Origin: Trypanosoma brucei
Lineage: Eukaryota
Length of the DNA stretch: 64,000 nucleotides
Reading direction: 5' to 3'
Assembly (NCBI GenBank): GCA_000002445.1
Contig: CP000071.1
Span: forward strand, 896,001 to 960,000
The notes under the pieces are model-generated. The model made no database searches and was not told the origin of the DNA. It saw only the letters and a program-made list of their open reading frames with translations. Numbering within the stretch: position 1 is the first letter of the stretch; each line of letters opens with the position of its first letter. This document shows, in pieces, positions 1 through 10,950 of the stretch. A program made the translations under genes and the position numbers.

Positions 1-648
1 GATCCCGAATCGGTGCAGGTGTACGTCTTAACGGGTCGTGACGAAAAGTACCGCAGGCGGATTACGGCGCTGCTGGACAATGTGGGGCTGTTGGGGATTA
101 TGAACGGCGTGTTTCTGAAACCAAGTGAGACTTATGGCACCGTGAAGTACAAATTGGAGACAATGTACACGCTTTTGGCGAAGCACCAACCAACACAGGC
201 TTTCTACTACGAGGATCGTATGGAGCAGGGCCAAAAACTGCTTGGGGGTATCCGTCGGCTTTCCGATGTGGTTAATAAAAAATCATCGGGTACTGGTTTT
301 GTTTCTACGCTGATGCTGCACCCCGATGGGAGTCTGTGCCGTCTTGAGCCGGACCCTCTCAATTCCGATGAGGCAAATATAGAAAACTGCAACGCTGCCA
401 AGCGTTGGTGGAACGACGTTTGTCGTCGCATCGACCCCTATCCCTTGTCAAGTGTCAATCCCTTTTGGTTTACACTCGTCTTTCTCGATCCTGAGCTTCC
501 TTCTTGCAGTGATCGCATGCTTACGGCGAAGGAAGAGGACTTACTTGTGAGTGAATTGCGGTACGAAGGGGAGGCATACAGGGCAGCAAATCCCACAAAG
601 GCACGGTCCACCTCTGATGGCCCGAGGGGCTTGCGGAAGAGAAGCTAA
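1..648 (+). CDS. 3' portion of a hypothetical protein; the gene starts upstream of the window and has possible HAD-like flavour
   Basis: Frame 1 is open from nt 1 with no start context, and the listed ORF 13..648 is the in-frame continuation. Coding-like composition is followed by a low-complexity spacer. The motif 'VYVLTGRDEKYRRRITALLDNVGL...FLKPS' is only vaguely HAD-phosphatase-like. Confidence 0.4.
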   Translation, partial: DPESVQVYVLTGRDEKYRRRITALLDNVGLLGIMNGVFLKPSETYGTVKYKLETMYTLLAKHQPTQAFYYEDRMEQGQKLLGGIRRLSDVVNKKSSGTGFVSTLMLHPDGSLCRLEPDPLNSDEANIENCNAAKRWWNDVCRRIDPYPLSSVNPFWFTLVFLDPELPSCSDRMLTAKEEDLLVSELRYEGEAYRAANPTKARSTSDGPRGLRKRS

Positions 649-2037
649 CTTTCGTGCAAACAGAGCAATTTTAAAAATCGTTTTTCGTCCCCCTAGAGAG
701 GGGAGGGAGGGTTTGCGTGTATGTGCATTTAGTTGAGGATGTTTGCTTCATTGAGATCAGGAGCGGTTCGGGGTGTAGTTGGTGTTTTGCTGTGTTGCTA
801 TTATTCTCTCCCCATCCCTTTCTCCATACATTGCCTCCTTGTTCACATTTGTTTGTCCCTTCTGAAGTGGCGACACCGGTTGCGCGCCGTTTCCGCAGTG
901 GTACGAGTGCAGTTGTAGAGTGAAGGAACGGTGCCGGGAACAAACGATGTTTCGGGTCTTGTGTTGGATCGGACGGAATTCCCTCTCTTTTCTCGGAAGC
1001 TCCACAGCTTCCTCGCTCCTTAGGGAACCTTCGGTGTGGCGGCAACCCATGCTCCCTTTTCGATGTTTTTTCTTTTTGCTTCGTTCCACTCTCGCATCTT
1101 ACCAACTGGTGGGAGGGGCAAGAAAGGTACTATCTTTTATTAATTGCGCACGGGTACCTGTGACCGTTTACCCCCTTTCTTTCACCCATTTGTTGTTTGT
1201 ATTTACTGTTTAACATTTATATATTTTTTCACTATTCCCACTCTACTGTATCGGTGCTGTCGTATTCTACGGCCCCAAAATGTAATGGCCTATCGGGAGA
1301 GTAAAGAAGGACGAAAAGGCAACATTTGGCAGTGGAAGACAATCAAAAAGTTAATAGTGCTTCTTCACTCCGGTCGGGGACCAAGGTGATAGCAACAGCA
1401 AATATAAGCCACCGAGAAGCAATCTTAAATGAAGCGGTCACCTGTGGAGTTCCCAACACAAAAAAATTTAACTCAGATGTCAAAAGAAATAGGTAAAAAA
1501 TAAAAGAAAACTTAAATTGGTCCTGGTCACATGTATATACGCATGTGTTTTTTTTTGTGGGGTGTGACTTATTTTTCATATCGCGGGAAAGTGTGGGGGT
1601 TATGTTCATATGAGACACTCGTAAGTACAGTAAGACGCCAGCAATAACAGCGTAAAACTAATAAGAGCGAGAGGGAAGAATGGGGAACAAAAGATATTTT
1701 CAAAAGGATTGCCAAGGAGTAAGAACTACTTCTCCTGCCTTCATATTCCTCCATTTTCCACAAGGGTATTAACTGTAGTCGAGCGTGTGAAAATGTTATG
1801 CTATTTTTAATGGGTAGAAAGGGACTCGCAAAACTAAGTGCGGGAGACCGGAGGTTATACGATAAATTCAATGTGCAAAACAAACGTATAAAAGGTAAAT
1901 AGGGGTGGGTGTGGTGTGGGTTTCGCCGCCGTGTCAAATAACTTGTGAATACTGAGCCTGTTTTTCGTTCATTTGCCCTTGCCGTTATTGATTCTTACTT
2001 TCCTGCCTACGCTTTGTGCCTTAATATGCAAAACTAG

Positions 2038-3291
2038 GTGATGAGGAGTGCTCAGTTGCCATCAAAACTTTCTTCGGCTGCTGGATCATGCAAACACTGG
2101 GTTGTTTCAGTGCCTAATAGCAGCGAAAGCTATAGGTGTTTTTGTTCTCTCATCGACCGGGCCCTTCAACCGGGTACGTGTCACCCATATTCTGTTCGGT
2201 TTCGTCTTGAACACCTTCTACCCGCGGACTGGAGTCTTTTACTAGGGTGGTGTCGTCGGTTAACATCATGTGGTGGGAGCTTCACTTACACCTCTCCTGG
2301 TGACATCTCCGAGCAAACGGAAAGTGTAGGGGCTGTGGACGATTCAGAAGGGCACCCGGCAGTGGTGAACGCTGCCTTCATGCATGTTGTGGAGAGGTGC
2401 CATGGCGACTTCGTGCCCAACAACATGATTTATCATGAACTGCAGAGGCGGTACACTGTCTATGCCCCTGCGTCCCCACCGCCCCCAGAGGGACCCGAGG
2501 ATTTTACCTCCTTTCTGGGTGCTCTTCAGGATAGCGTATGTGATGGTTGTTTAGCGTCTCTGTCGGAGGGTGATGGAAACGTGGGCGAGGACCCACTGGC
2601 AAGCCAGGTGCCGTCTTTGGAGGCAACGAAGCACAACCAAAAGGTGCTTGGCGTTGGTGCTGCCGCTTCAATGGAGAGTGAGGCGCATCGCCAGCAGGGG
2701 GAACTACTTTTTAACTTCTTTCCGCACCGTGTTGTGGTATCGGATGGTATACCGTGCCATTCCACCCACTTTGTTGTAATGGTCAACCTTAAACCTGTTG
2801 TCCCGTGGCACCTAATGGTGGTGCCTATACGTTGTGTTGGCACTTTGTCTGCCCTTAGTGCTGCGGAAATGGAGGATTTAGGGCATATGATTCATCTCAC
2901 GATAAGTGTGCTGAGTCACGTGTTGGTGAAGCCCGCGGTGACGGGTACTGGGGACACCAGCTCTAATGGTGGTAGTCGCGTTGAAAGGGGGTGTAGTCCA
3001 CACAGTATCGGTTCTCCTGTACCCGCTTCTGTTGTCGGTGGAGGGGGGTTTAGCATTGCCATTCAACAAGGGGAGCTCGCCGGTCAGACAGTTCCGCACC
3101 TCCACGTGCATGTTATTCCGTTTGACCCGCGCGGTAAGCTTGCGGGTGAACCGGAGGACGAGGAGCAACAGAGGCGGCAACCCCCGCGCACAGGGGCACA
3201 AATGCGGAAGGAAACGGAGTTCCTTAGGCCTCACTTTGTTCGATTAGCCAATGAAAAGAACATGAGAGGAATCTGCGCAACTTGCGGTTGA
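2038..3291 (+). CDS. HIT-superfamily protein of the Fhit branch (bis(5'-nucleosyl)-polyphosphatase-like) with a long N-terminal extension
   Basis: C-terminal 'QQGELAGQTVPHLHVHVIPF' matches the histidine-triad HxHxHxx motif and the Fhit-type 'AGQTV.H.HVHV.PR' context. Upstream 'VVVSDGIPCHSTHFVVMVNLKPVVPWHLMVVPIR' resembles the HIT beta-strand core. A pyrimidine-rich spacer lies upstream. Confidence 0.6.
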   Translation: MMRSAQLPSKLSSAAGSCKHWVVSVPNSSESYRCFCSLIDRALQPGTCHPYSVRFRLEHLLPADWSLLLGWCRRLTSCGGSFTYTSPGDISEQTESVGAVDDSEGHPAVVNAAFMHVVERCHGDFVPNNMIYHELQRRYTVYAPASPPPPEGPEDFTSFLGALQDSVCDGCLASLSEGDGNVGEDPLASQVPSLEATKHNQKVLGVGAAASMESEAHRQQGELLFNFFPHRVVVSDGIPCHSTHFVVMVNLKPVVPWHLMVVPIRCVGTLSALSAAEMEDLGHMIHLTISVLSHVLVKPAVTGTGDTSSNGGSRVERGCSPHSIGSPVPASVVGGGGFSIAIQQGELAGQTVPHLHVHVIPFDPRGKLAGEPEDEEQQRRQPPRTGAQMRKETEFLRPHFVRLANEKNMRGICATCG

Positions 3292-3552
3292 AAAAGATGG
3301 TGACATCTTCATGAAGTGAACGTTGCACATGGTCAGTCGTGGGGTTGCCTCGTGGAGAAGTCAAAGTGAATGGGCCTGTCCTCTGTATGCAATCACAATT
3401 TCTTAATTTTTTTTTTTTCGCGTTGATGCTGGCAGTGGCATTCGATTCTTACTTTTCCCGATTTCCGCAATCGGACCACTTAATCACCTCGCAGTTTTAT
3501 TGGATATTTCCATACCTTTTTGGTCTGACGTAGCTTTTGTGTCCTACTGTTT

Positions 3553-4554
3553 GTGGGGAAGTGGCATGACGGAGTGAGACGGTGGCCGAATATGTACCCG
3601 CTGAGTGCCATCTCCGATGCCAAAAAGGTTTTGAGACTCACTCACATGCGCCGCCTCCGCGCGATGGCAAGGAGCGATCCCAGTGCCTTGAAACTTGAGT
3701 CGATACGCATTTGTGAGGTGCTGTACGAGCGTATCTGTGTTTTGAGACGTAAGCACTTGGGTGTCGAGGGTGCGATGCTCCCTCCTCTTCTTCTTTGTGC
3801 CTATCTGCCACTGTTCTATGAAGTGGATCTCCGTCCTCTGTTATCCCGGTTGTGGAGGGAGCGACCCAACGAGCACCTCAGGTGTGTTTCTGTCTTTGTT
3901 CCGACTGTGCTTGCGCAGTTTAAGAATGTGAACAGCTGCACGGGTACCTCAGTGCCTGTTCCCTTGCGGTCATTTCCGCCGCAGACCGTTGCTGAGCGAC
4001 TGATGAGTGCCATGCTGTTTGTTGAAGTGCTTGGTGAGGGAGACTTGCTACGGTCTTTCGACGTGCGTGGTTGCTACGGGTTGATGGAGCTGAAGGAAGG
4101 TATTCTTCATCGCGACATTTTCCGTAGTGGCGAAAGTGTAACTTGCGGTGTGTCACCATCCTCCCGCCGGGTTATCGCCTGTGACTGGTGGCACTCCCTC
4201 TTTCCACATTGTCCGAGGCCTGCAGGTCTGATTGAGTCGGGAGATCACCCGCGGGGCGGGGTTCAGCGAGGTCCTCTTCTTTCCCTTACACCCGGTGTTT
4301 TATTTGATCGGACGGGAGGCCGGTTGGGGAAGGGCGGCGGATACTACGATAGATTTTTGCAGTTTCAGCGGTGTGCTTCGGGTGATCCGGCGGAAGAGAC
4401 GACCTTAGCATGGGGTGTTGCTAGGGAAATGCAGCTGCTATCGGGAGAGGGGGACAAGCTACCAGTTTATAGAGATTCTTTGCCTTCCCATGGTATGAAG
4501 GACGCCCTAATGGATGCTGTGGTTACATCCACTGAGTTTGTTAAGTGCTCGTGA
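3553..4554 (+). CDS. 5-formyltetrahydrofolate cyclo-ligase (MTHFS)-like protein
   Basis: 'GGRLGKGGGYYDRFL' matches the MTHFS family signature G.RLG.G.GYYDR. An alternative ATG at 3592 (MYPLSAISDAKKVLR...) fits the usual family N-terminus better. Poly-T/pyrimidine tract 3400-3545 lies upstream. Confidence 0.6.
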   Translation: MGKWHDGVRRWPNMYPLSAISDAKKVLRLTHMRRLRAMARSDPSALKLESIRICEVLYERICVLRRKHLGVEGAMLPPLLLCAYLPLFYEVDLRPLLSRLWRERPNEHLRCVSVFVPTVLAQFKNVNSCTGTSVPVPLRSFPPQTVAERLMSAMLFVEVLGEGDLLRSFDVRGCYGLMELKEGILHRDIFRSGESVTCGVSPSSRRVIACDWWHSLFPHCPRPAGLIESGDHPRGGVQRGPLLSLTPGVLFDRTGGRLGKGGGYYDRFLQFQRCASGDPAEETTLAWGVAREMQLLSGEGDKLPVYRDSLPSHGMKDALMDAVVTSTEFVKCS

Positions 4555-4939
4555 GGCATTGGAAAATGTTACACAAGGTTCGCGTTGTCAGGGTTGAATT
4601 TCCTACCTTCTTTTGTGAGCCGGTAGGAAGTTGTGTTCAAGTGAGACACAGATTATCTTTGCCATGCATTCGCGGTACCTAACCCTCCTTTGTCCCACAC
4701 ATTTGTTTCGTCGTTGAACAGTTTTCAAAAAGAAAAAAATCCGTGGAGGCAGCAAGGGGAACTGCTGCTGGAGCAGTATACGTGGGGGCTCCTTGTGTTC
4801 CATCTTCAACTAAGAAAGTGGAGAGCTATTGCTTACTTTTCGGGCTTCTACTAATCTCTCTTTTCTGAATTGGAAGCCGTTAGAAACGGAGTTAGGGAAA
4901 AGTGTATAGGTAGGTGGGGCGACAACAATAACAGTAAGG

Positions 4940-6472
4940 ATGTGCGCAATGGAATATAGCGACTACACTGTTGGTTTGTCACATTTGTGGCATATGCACC
5001 ACCTGGCAGCCGTGCGCCTTCAATCCGGCAAGGGGATTACCGGGCTTCCCTACATTGACTTCCGTAACCCCGAGACGATGGATCATCCACAACTGGCCAC
5101 CGACGCTATCGTGAGACGGCTTCATCGTCGCATTGCAGCCGATGAGCAGCACATTGTAAAGGCTAACTATCACCTTCGTGATGTTATTTGTAATGCGGGT
5201 GACCCTACGTACAGAAGGCGGCGGAATATGAATAACCTACCCACTGAAGAGGAGGTTGCAACGTGTCTAAACTCTGCAAAGCACACTGCGGCGCTGGAGA
5301 GGGCCCGCTTGAACAGAGTAAAGAACATACAGAGAGAGAATTACATACTCTTAGAACATCTGAAGAACACTAAGTGTTCCGTCACTTCTGCCAAAGAGCT
5401 CAACCGGTGGTATAACAATGAATACAAGAAGCGTTCGCGGATGACGCGCCACTTTAAACCCAGGGAACCATTCTGTGGTGCTCGTGTCCTTACTGCAGAG
5501 TGCAAGTTTACACCTGGTACCAACCCGGATTATGTTACATCGCAAGCGCTTGTGGAAACCCCGTCCTTGTGGATGCATCGGAGAGAACCTACCGTCGTGG
5601 AGGTGCTGGCGAAGGGCCCTGTGCTTCCGTCGCTGCAGGAGGCAGCGAATCAGTACATCGAAGGATGTTGTTACACGGATGCAAAAACCGGTGTTCCACA
5701 CCTTCTGTCACGCTCCAAAGGAGGGAAGAGAGGGAAAGCTGAGTGGAAGGGCATATCGAAGCTTGACGTTAAGCTTATGAACTATGCAAACGATTTGAAG
5801 CTCGTACGTGGCGGAAACCTACCCATTGTTCGACGTGGCGAGGAGAACGGTATTACCAGTTTATGGCGGGGGGAGCTTGAGAAGCGGTCTCCGACCAGGT
5901 GTCAGGGCCCCCCTTGGAGGTGGTTGGGGGCTACCGAAAAGAGTAACGAAGAGAAGGCTGGAGGGCAGCACCAGAGTGTAAATACCATTGTGCCGGGAAG
6001 GTGGGATCCCCACAGAAGCATAATGGGGAGGGTGCGGAAGTTAGCCTTATTGAAAGATAAGCGACACCAGTATGCCAAAGATGCTAAGGATGGAAACGCT
6101 AGGCGGGAAAACAGGCGGCCACCGTATGGAGTACCGGTAATTCCCCCAGCAGCTGCTGGCGGTTTCCCATTTAACGGCTCGACTGATGCACAAATTCCTT
6201 ATGGTATGCAGCGGCTACAAAATCGTCTATCAACTGAAGTGCCCTATGCCCAGAACGGTCATTACGCGGAGGGAATGCCTGGCCCGGTCGCTTTCCCCTC
6301 TAATGCATACGGGGAGTCTACCAAGACTGTGGATTCGTCAGGTCCGCACGGGTTTCACGATTTTTCTCAACTAAAAAATTATAGATTAGGTTCGCAGGGT
6401 ACGCCCGCTTCATCGATTAGCCGAAACTTTGGAGACGCAGACGCGGAGGCTCCACAATATGTGTCGGGTTAG
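4940..6472 (+). CDS. hypothetical protein (510 aa)
   Basis: Long + strand ORF with coding-like composition between a pyrimidine-rich upstream spacer (4600-4930) and a purine/GT-rich downstream spacer. No motif I recognise. Confidence 0.5.
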   Translation: MCAMEYSDYTVGLSHLWHMHHLAAVRLQSGKGITGLPYIDFRNPETMDHPQLATDAIVRRLHRRIAADEQHIVKANYHLRDVICNAGDPTYRRRRNMNNLPTEEEVATCLNSAKHTAALERARLNRVKNIQRENYILLEHLKNTKCSVTSAKELNRWYNNEYKKRSRMTRHFKPREPFCGARVLTAECKFTPGTNPDYVTSQALVETPSLWMHRREPTVVEVLAKGPVLPSLQEAANQYIEGCCYTDAKTGVPHLLSRSKGGKRGKAEWKGISKLDVKLMNYANDLKLVRGGNLPIVRRGEENGITSLWRGELEKRSPTRCQGPPWRWLGATEKSNEEKAGGQHQSVNTIVPGRWDPHRSIMGRVRKLALLKDKRHQYAKDAKDGNARRENRRPPYGVPVIPPAAAGGFPFNGSTDAQIPYGMQRLQNRLSTEVPYAQNGHYAEGMPGPVAFPSNAYGESTKTVDSSGPHGFHDFSQLKNYRLGSQGTPASSISRNFGDADAEAPQYVSG

Positions 6473-7140
6473 GGGCTGTTGATTCTCCCTGGTGATTACT
6501 GTGGACTTGAGATAGGTGATTCTAGGTGTCAGAAATCTCTGTTTCTCCGATACCTCGTGTTCGAAGGGGTTGATTTGACTGCTGGGAAGGCGTAGAACGT
6601 CGATGTATATATGTTTGTCTGTTTTGGTGTGTGGTGGGAGCTAGGCGATTGGCAGAAAACGGGCTGGGGATGGAGGTGCTTCCTAAACTCTTGTCGGACA
6701 ATGTGTGAAAGAACTTTTTGCACCCCAGTGGCGTGTCCTGGCTTAGAAAGCCACTTGGAGTTTGAGTCAGGCGCATCGACCGCGAAATGACGTGAACAAA
6801 ACCATGCGGGAAAGAGACCCTTGTCTTCTTTTTGCTATATGTGCAACGGCAGGGGCCACAGAGGCCCCGTTTTTTCTGTAGAGTATCACAACCTGAAGCC
6901 TTCTGCGATTTGCATTACGCGGAAGCTGATGGGGAAGGTCATCATCAAGGCGGGGTGTGACCACATCGCTTAGGTTTTTGTACAGGATGAGTTTTAGAAA
7001 TGGGAGCCGCCGCCCGTCCGCAGGGGCGGTGTGCGTGTGTGTGTAAGCAGGAAGGGTGGTGTCGTTGCCTGGGCACCACAGTGGGGTCAAGCGAACGAGG
7101 CGCACTGAGTGCGATGCTCCCTCATCCTATTTGTTCCGTC

Positions 7141-7310
7141 TGCTTTTTTTTTTTCGGTGCTACCGAGTGAATTATCGGTGGATCTCTATGAGGTTTCCAG
7201 ATGTACTACAGACGCGTTTAATACCATCACCGCACGGCGTTCTACACGCTGTATGCAATATCATTTTTTTTTTTTTGATGCGCTGTTTACAGTTTATTTT
7301 TTATCTTTCT
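7141..7310 (+). promoter_or_regulatory. polypyrimidine tracts (candidate trans-splicing / polyadenylation signals) upstream of the gene at 7463
   Basis: T14 at 7145-7158 and T15 at 7264-7279 plus a pyrimidine-rich run 7280-7330, followed by AG dinucleotides before the ATG. This is the typical kinetoplastid intergenic architecture. Confidence 0.5.
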
Positions 7311-7462
7311 AAACGTGGGTCCTCATTCATCTTCTTGCTTGCGACTTATTCACAAAAATTATGTAGTGAGTATAGCCTTGAAGGGGAAGAAGGAAGCGGA
7401 GGGGGAAACACATCAAACGGGGGGAAGAACTGAACACCACACAAGGCGCCAAGTGTAACACT

Positions 7463-9676
7463 ATGAAATATAGTGGTGACACTCCTGTGGCGGATGATGA
7501 AGCTGTTGACAAGCTTCGAGGTGAGCTGGTCGACCTCCAGAAGCGCTTTATTCTCCTCTTCAAAGCTTCCGGCCAAAGTCTCGAGCAGATTCGGTCAACT
7601 GTTGAATCGTCCCTCAAGTCACGAGCAAATGAACCCACACAAGGTGGGCGATTAAGTGACAGGGACAGCATGCTGCAGGACCTCGTGAGAATTGTTGAGC
7701 GAACTCAGCGTTATGTACAGTTGGCTGGAAAACCTCCACTAGGTTCTGTTTCCGCAGATGCACTCCAGATAGAGTATCAATCGTGGGCAAGCAATATGCC
7801 TACTGCCAGTTCGCATCGCAGTCACGGGGATCATGCAACCACGGAGCAACGTGTGAAGAGTCTTCAACTTGAAAGAGATGACGTTAAGAGGAAACTGCAG
7901 GAAGCGGAAGAGAATAACGCGAAATTGCAGCGGAAACTAAAGGCCGCTGTGCAGAAGTATAACCACCTTGCGAAGAATACGAAGGAGATGGGCGAGCCCA
8001 GTCACACAACGAGAGCTCGCACTTTGAGTCCCAGTGCGCACAATGGCAATTCTTCAAAATCATCGGAAGCAGTGTCTAAACGCTTTACTGGTCACAGCTA
8101 CAGAGATTCCGCCGGACAGCGATCGTGCCGTCAAAATTCTTGTAATGATGTAGTCGGAGATTCTGCGTTTAACAGCCAGCACACCTCAGCCCGTGGTGGA
8201 TCATCGGAGTTTCTGGATGCGGTGCGGCAGGATAACGCCTCACTTCGGAGAGAGGTCACTAAGCTCAAAGAAGAGCTGCGGCAAACACAGCGAGGGGCTA
8301 TTGCGCGAACTAAACAAGGGGACGAGGATGTGGGATCATTGCTTATGAAAATTACTGGCTTGAAGCAGGAGCTTGTGTTGGAGGAGCGGCAGCGAATGGA
8401 CGCCTTGCTGCACTTGGGTGAGGCCAAGCGGGAAAATCAACGACTGGTGACCCAAGTAGAGGAGTTAAAACAACAGCTAGTGCACGTGCAGCAGTCGGAC
8501 GGCCGTGTCCCTGATGTAATCTCCGTCGAAAGCAAAGAGACAAACATTATGAATAGCCTAGGGAAGGAGCTGGGTCACACACAGCAGGTCGCTGCGATGC
8601 AAGTGTTGCAGGCGAAGGAATTGACTCGGGTGTTGGAGAGGATGCAGGACTTCTTACACTCGTCGTTTTTGAAGCAGAGGAAGTTGGTAACGGAGCTAGA
8701 AAAAGCGGGGAAAGGTTGGAGCACCACGCCCCTGCAGCTGGAGGCGGCGCAAACCCACGAGGGTTGCACGCCTGCAAATAAGGTGAAGATAGAGGACGCC
8801 AATGTGTCATCCCCTGGCGTGGAGTCGAGTGGAGGGAAGAGCAGAACGATATTAAAGGCTTCTGATGACAGTGGTAGTAGCGATTTGAACACTTTCTGTG
8901 ACCGGGTACTCACTGTGGACGACGTGGATCCTCTTACCTTGGGCAAGAATGATGGCGACACACATCTTCGTAGTCAGAACAGCGAACTTGTGAAGGAGAA
9001 TCAGCAATTACACGATGCACTTTCCAAACTTTCGATGATGTATCGGTCGACGAAGGAAAAACCCAAAAGTGGTGAGCGGTCGGTGATGGAACGTGAGGCT
9101 CTTCCTCCCGGAGTGAAGCAACCTGACAGGTCTGCTGAGGTTGCAAGCGCAAAAAGGGTTGTGAAGGAGCACGTGCGTAAAGATAATGCAAAAGCACATC
9201 GGGATGCCAAAAAAGAAAAGGCCCAATCCTCACTTCGGGAGCAAGTACCCCCAAAGCAGTTACCGGTGCAACCGCATCAGCTCCCCAAAGCACCAAAACC
9301 CCAAGCTCAACGTGATCTGCCACCAAAGTCACCCGTGCGAAGACACGACTCTCATCTGCAGCGGTCTCGGACGACGACACCGAGACGGGAAGCGCATGCG
9401 CAATACGACCAAAAGCAACGACACAACCTGTCAAGTTCATTGCAAGCTGAGACCGGCTATACTCAGTCGCCTTCAGCTTCTCAGAGTAGAGACGACCGGT
9501 CTTCTTCACATTCCTCCACTAGTACCGCTAGGTTTTTACGTAGATTGGCAGAGTTTCGTTTCCCAAAGGAGGGTGCTGCAAGTGTTCCTGATAGTGGCGA
9601 AAGAAACACAGATAGTGGTAAGGATGATGTGCGGAATTTCTCACCTCCCCGGCTGAGCTATATGAAGTCCACGTAA
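7463..9676 (+). CDS. coiled-coil protein with a basic Pro/Lys-rich C-terminus (hypothetical)
   Basis: The 737 aa ORF has heptad-like Glu/Lys/Leu/Gln-rich segments (e.g. 'LQLERDDVKRKLQEAEENNAKLQRKLKAAVQKY', 'EELKQQLVHVQQ'). The C-terminal ~150 aa are basic ('PPKQLPVQPHQLPKAPKPQAQRDLPPKSP'). Strong poly-T tracts upstream at 7141-7310. Confidence 0.55.
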   Translation: MKYSGDTPVADDEAVDKLRGELVDLQKRFILLFKASGQSLEQIRSTVESSLKSRANEPTQGGRLSDRDSMLQDLVRIVERTQRYVQLAGKPPLGSVSADALQIEYQSWASNMPTASSHRSHGDHATTEQRVKSLQLERDDVKRKLQEAEENNAKLQRKLKAAVQKYNHLAKNTKEMGEPSHTTRARTLSPSAHNGNSSKSSEAVSKRFTGHSYRDSAGQRSCRQNSCNDVVGDSAFNSQHTSARGGSSEFLDAVRQDNASLRREVTKLKEELRQTQRGAIARTKQGDEDVGSLLMKITGLKQELVLEERQRMDALLHLGEAKRENQRLVTQVEELKQQLVHVQQSDGRVPDVISVESKETNIMNSLGKELGHTQQVAAMQVLQAKELTRVLERMQDFLHSSFLKQRKLVTELEKAGKGWSTTPLQLEAAQTHEGCTPANKVKIEDANVSSPGVESSGGKSRTILKASDDSGSSDLNTFCDRVLTVDDVDPLTLGKNDGDTHLRSQNSELVKENQQLHDALSKLSMMYRSTKEKPKSGERSVMEREALPPGVKQPDRSAEVASAKRVVKEHVRKDNAKAHRDAKKEKAQSSLREQVPPKQLPVQPHQLPKAPKPQAQRDLPPKSPVRRHDSHLQRSRTTTPRREAHAQYDQKQRHNLSSSLQAETGYTQSPSASQSRDDRSSSHSSTSTARFLRRLAEFRFPKEGAASVPDSGERNTDSGKDDVRNFSPPRLSYMKST

Positions 9677-10950
9677 ATTTTGTGCGTTCAGTGAGATGAA
9701 GCTCTTTTCCCTCGTGTGAAATGATCGCACATTTGCGTTCTCTGACACTTTGATGAGGTGAGGTTAGATGCGTGGCCTGAGTTCCGCCTTCTCATCCCAT
9801 GATGTTACATTTATGTGACTTATTGTTTTGTTTTTGATTTCCATTCCGTATTTTCCCCTCTTCCAAGCCTCTTAGCGCTCGTATTTTTTTTTTTTTCACA
9901 TTTTTGCCTTTTCCGTCCTTTTGGGGCCGCATTGGGGAACGCAATATGTGCGAGTGCAATGACAGATAGATTTCCATACTTTCTCTTTATTTTAATTCTT
10001 CACTCCATAGGACACGTTCACTGGTGGTGGGTATCGGTGTGTGTGCCTGCCTACTCGCATTATTTATATATACGCTTTTTACACGTCTTGTTCGCTTTAT
10101 CTGTGAGTGGTGATTCAGCCGTTTCGTTGGAGATGTAAATATGCTGCACTAGCCTACTTCTCTGTTTATACACGCGCGTATATGAATGTATAAGTGAACA
10201 CTTCCCTCTTCTGTGTTCTCTACCACTTGCTCATCTTATTTTTTTGTGTGTTTCAGTGGTGGTAGCGCTCCTTCCTCGTGACTACACATCCGCGTTGCAT
10301 TGCGTGTTGTGAGGTTCTGAGAGATGTTTTCAATGTTGTGCCCCCGCGCGTGTTTTTGTTTTTGTTTCTTTTTCCTTTTTTGCGTTTGCTCCACGCAACT
10401 GAGGGTTCCCACAGAATGAGGTCTTTGCGGGTTTGCAGCTGACATGTGAGCACTGCCGCAAAGGGTTGAAAGGCAAAAGCAGAGGGAAAGCGGGGAAAAG
10501 CAAGGGGAACTACGTACGTTAATAAGGCAGAAGTAATGACGGAGTGAATATTTCGGTGGGCTTTTGTACATGTGGGCTTTGTTGCTCCTCCAAACACTGT
10601 GTATGATTGAGCGGGTAAAGAGGGAAAAAAGAATCTGAGCTTGTGTTTGGCCGTTTGGATGTTTGTTGTTGGCCGTTGGTATTGCATGCTTCCATCGTTG
10701 TAAGCCACAGGAAGATGCAAGTTCGAGAAGAAGTGAGGGGTCGAAACATATACATATTATGTATTATACATATATAGAAGTGTGTCGCTCTTGGTGTTGG
10801 CGAGTCGGCGAATGTTATTTAATAGGAATTGATCACTCTGGACTCGGTCCGTTATTGCAGTGTTTTTCATTTGGCGTGCCTCCTCTCCGTTGCTTTTTCC
10901 TATCATAAATATATAATCATTCACGTAAGCTGCAACATTTTTTTGTTTTT

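Noticed and set aside
671-1389. Several 60-144 aa ORFs on both strands between the first gene fragment and the Fhit-like gene
   Set aside because: They lie in low-complexity pyrimidine/purine-rich spacer, overlap one another, and have no motifs.
6545-6575. tRNA-like 'GTTCGAA' T-loop-like string at ~6558
   Set aside because: No flanking complementary stems, no D-loop or anticodon-arm arrangement, and no A/B box spacing. Not a tRNA.
6851-6876. GC hairpin + T6 as a bacterial rho-independent terminator
   Set aside because: The window is eukaryotic (kinetoplastid), so the terminator annotation is inappropriate. It is kept only as a structural curiosity in the findings.
9741-9800. 'tgatga ... ctga' pair reminiscent of a C/D-box snoRNA
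   Set aside because: The boxes are only ~25 nt apart with no C'/D' pair, no terminal stem, and no tandem repeat organisation typical of trypanosome snoRNA clusters.
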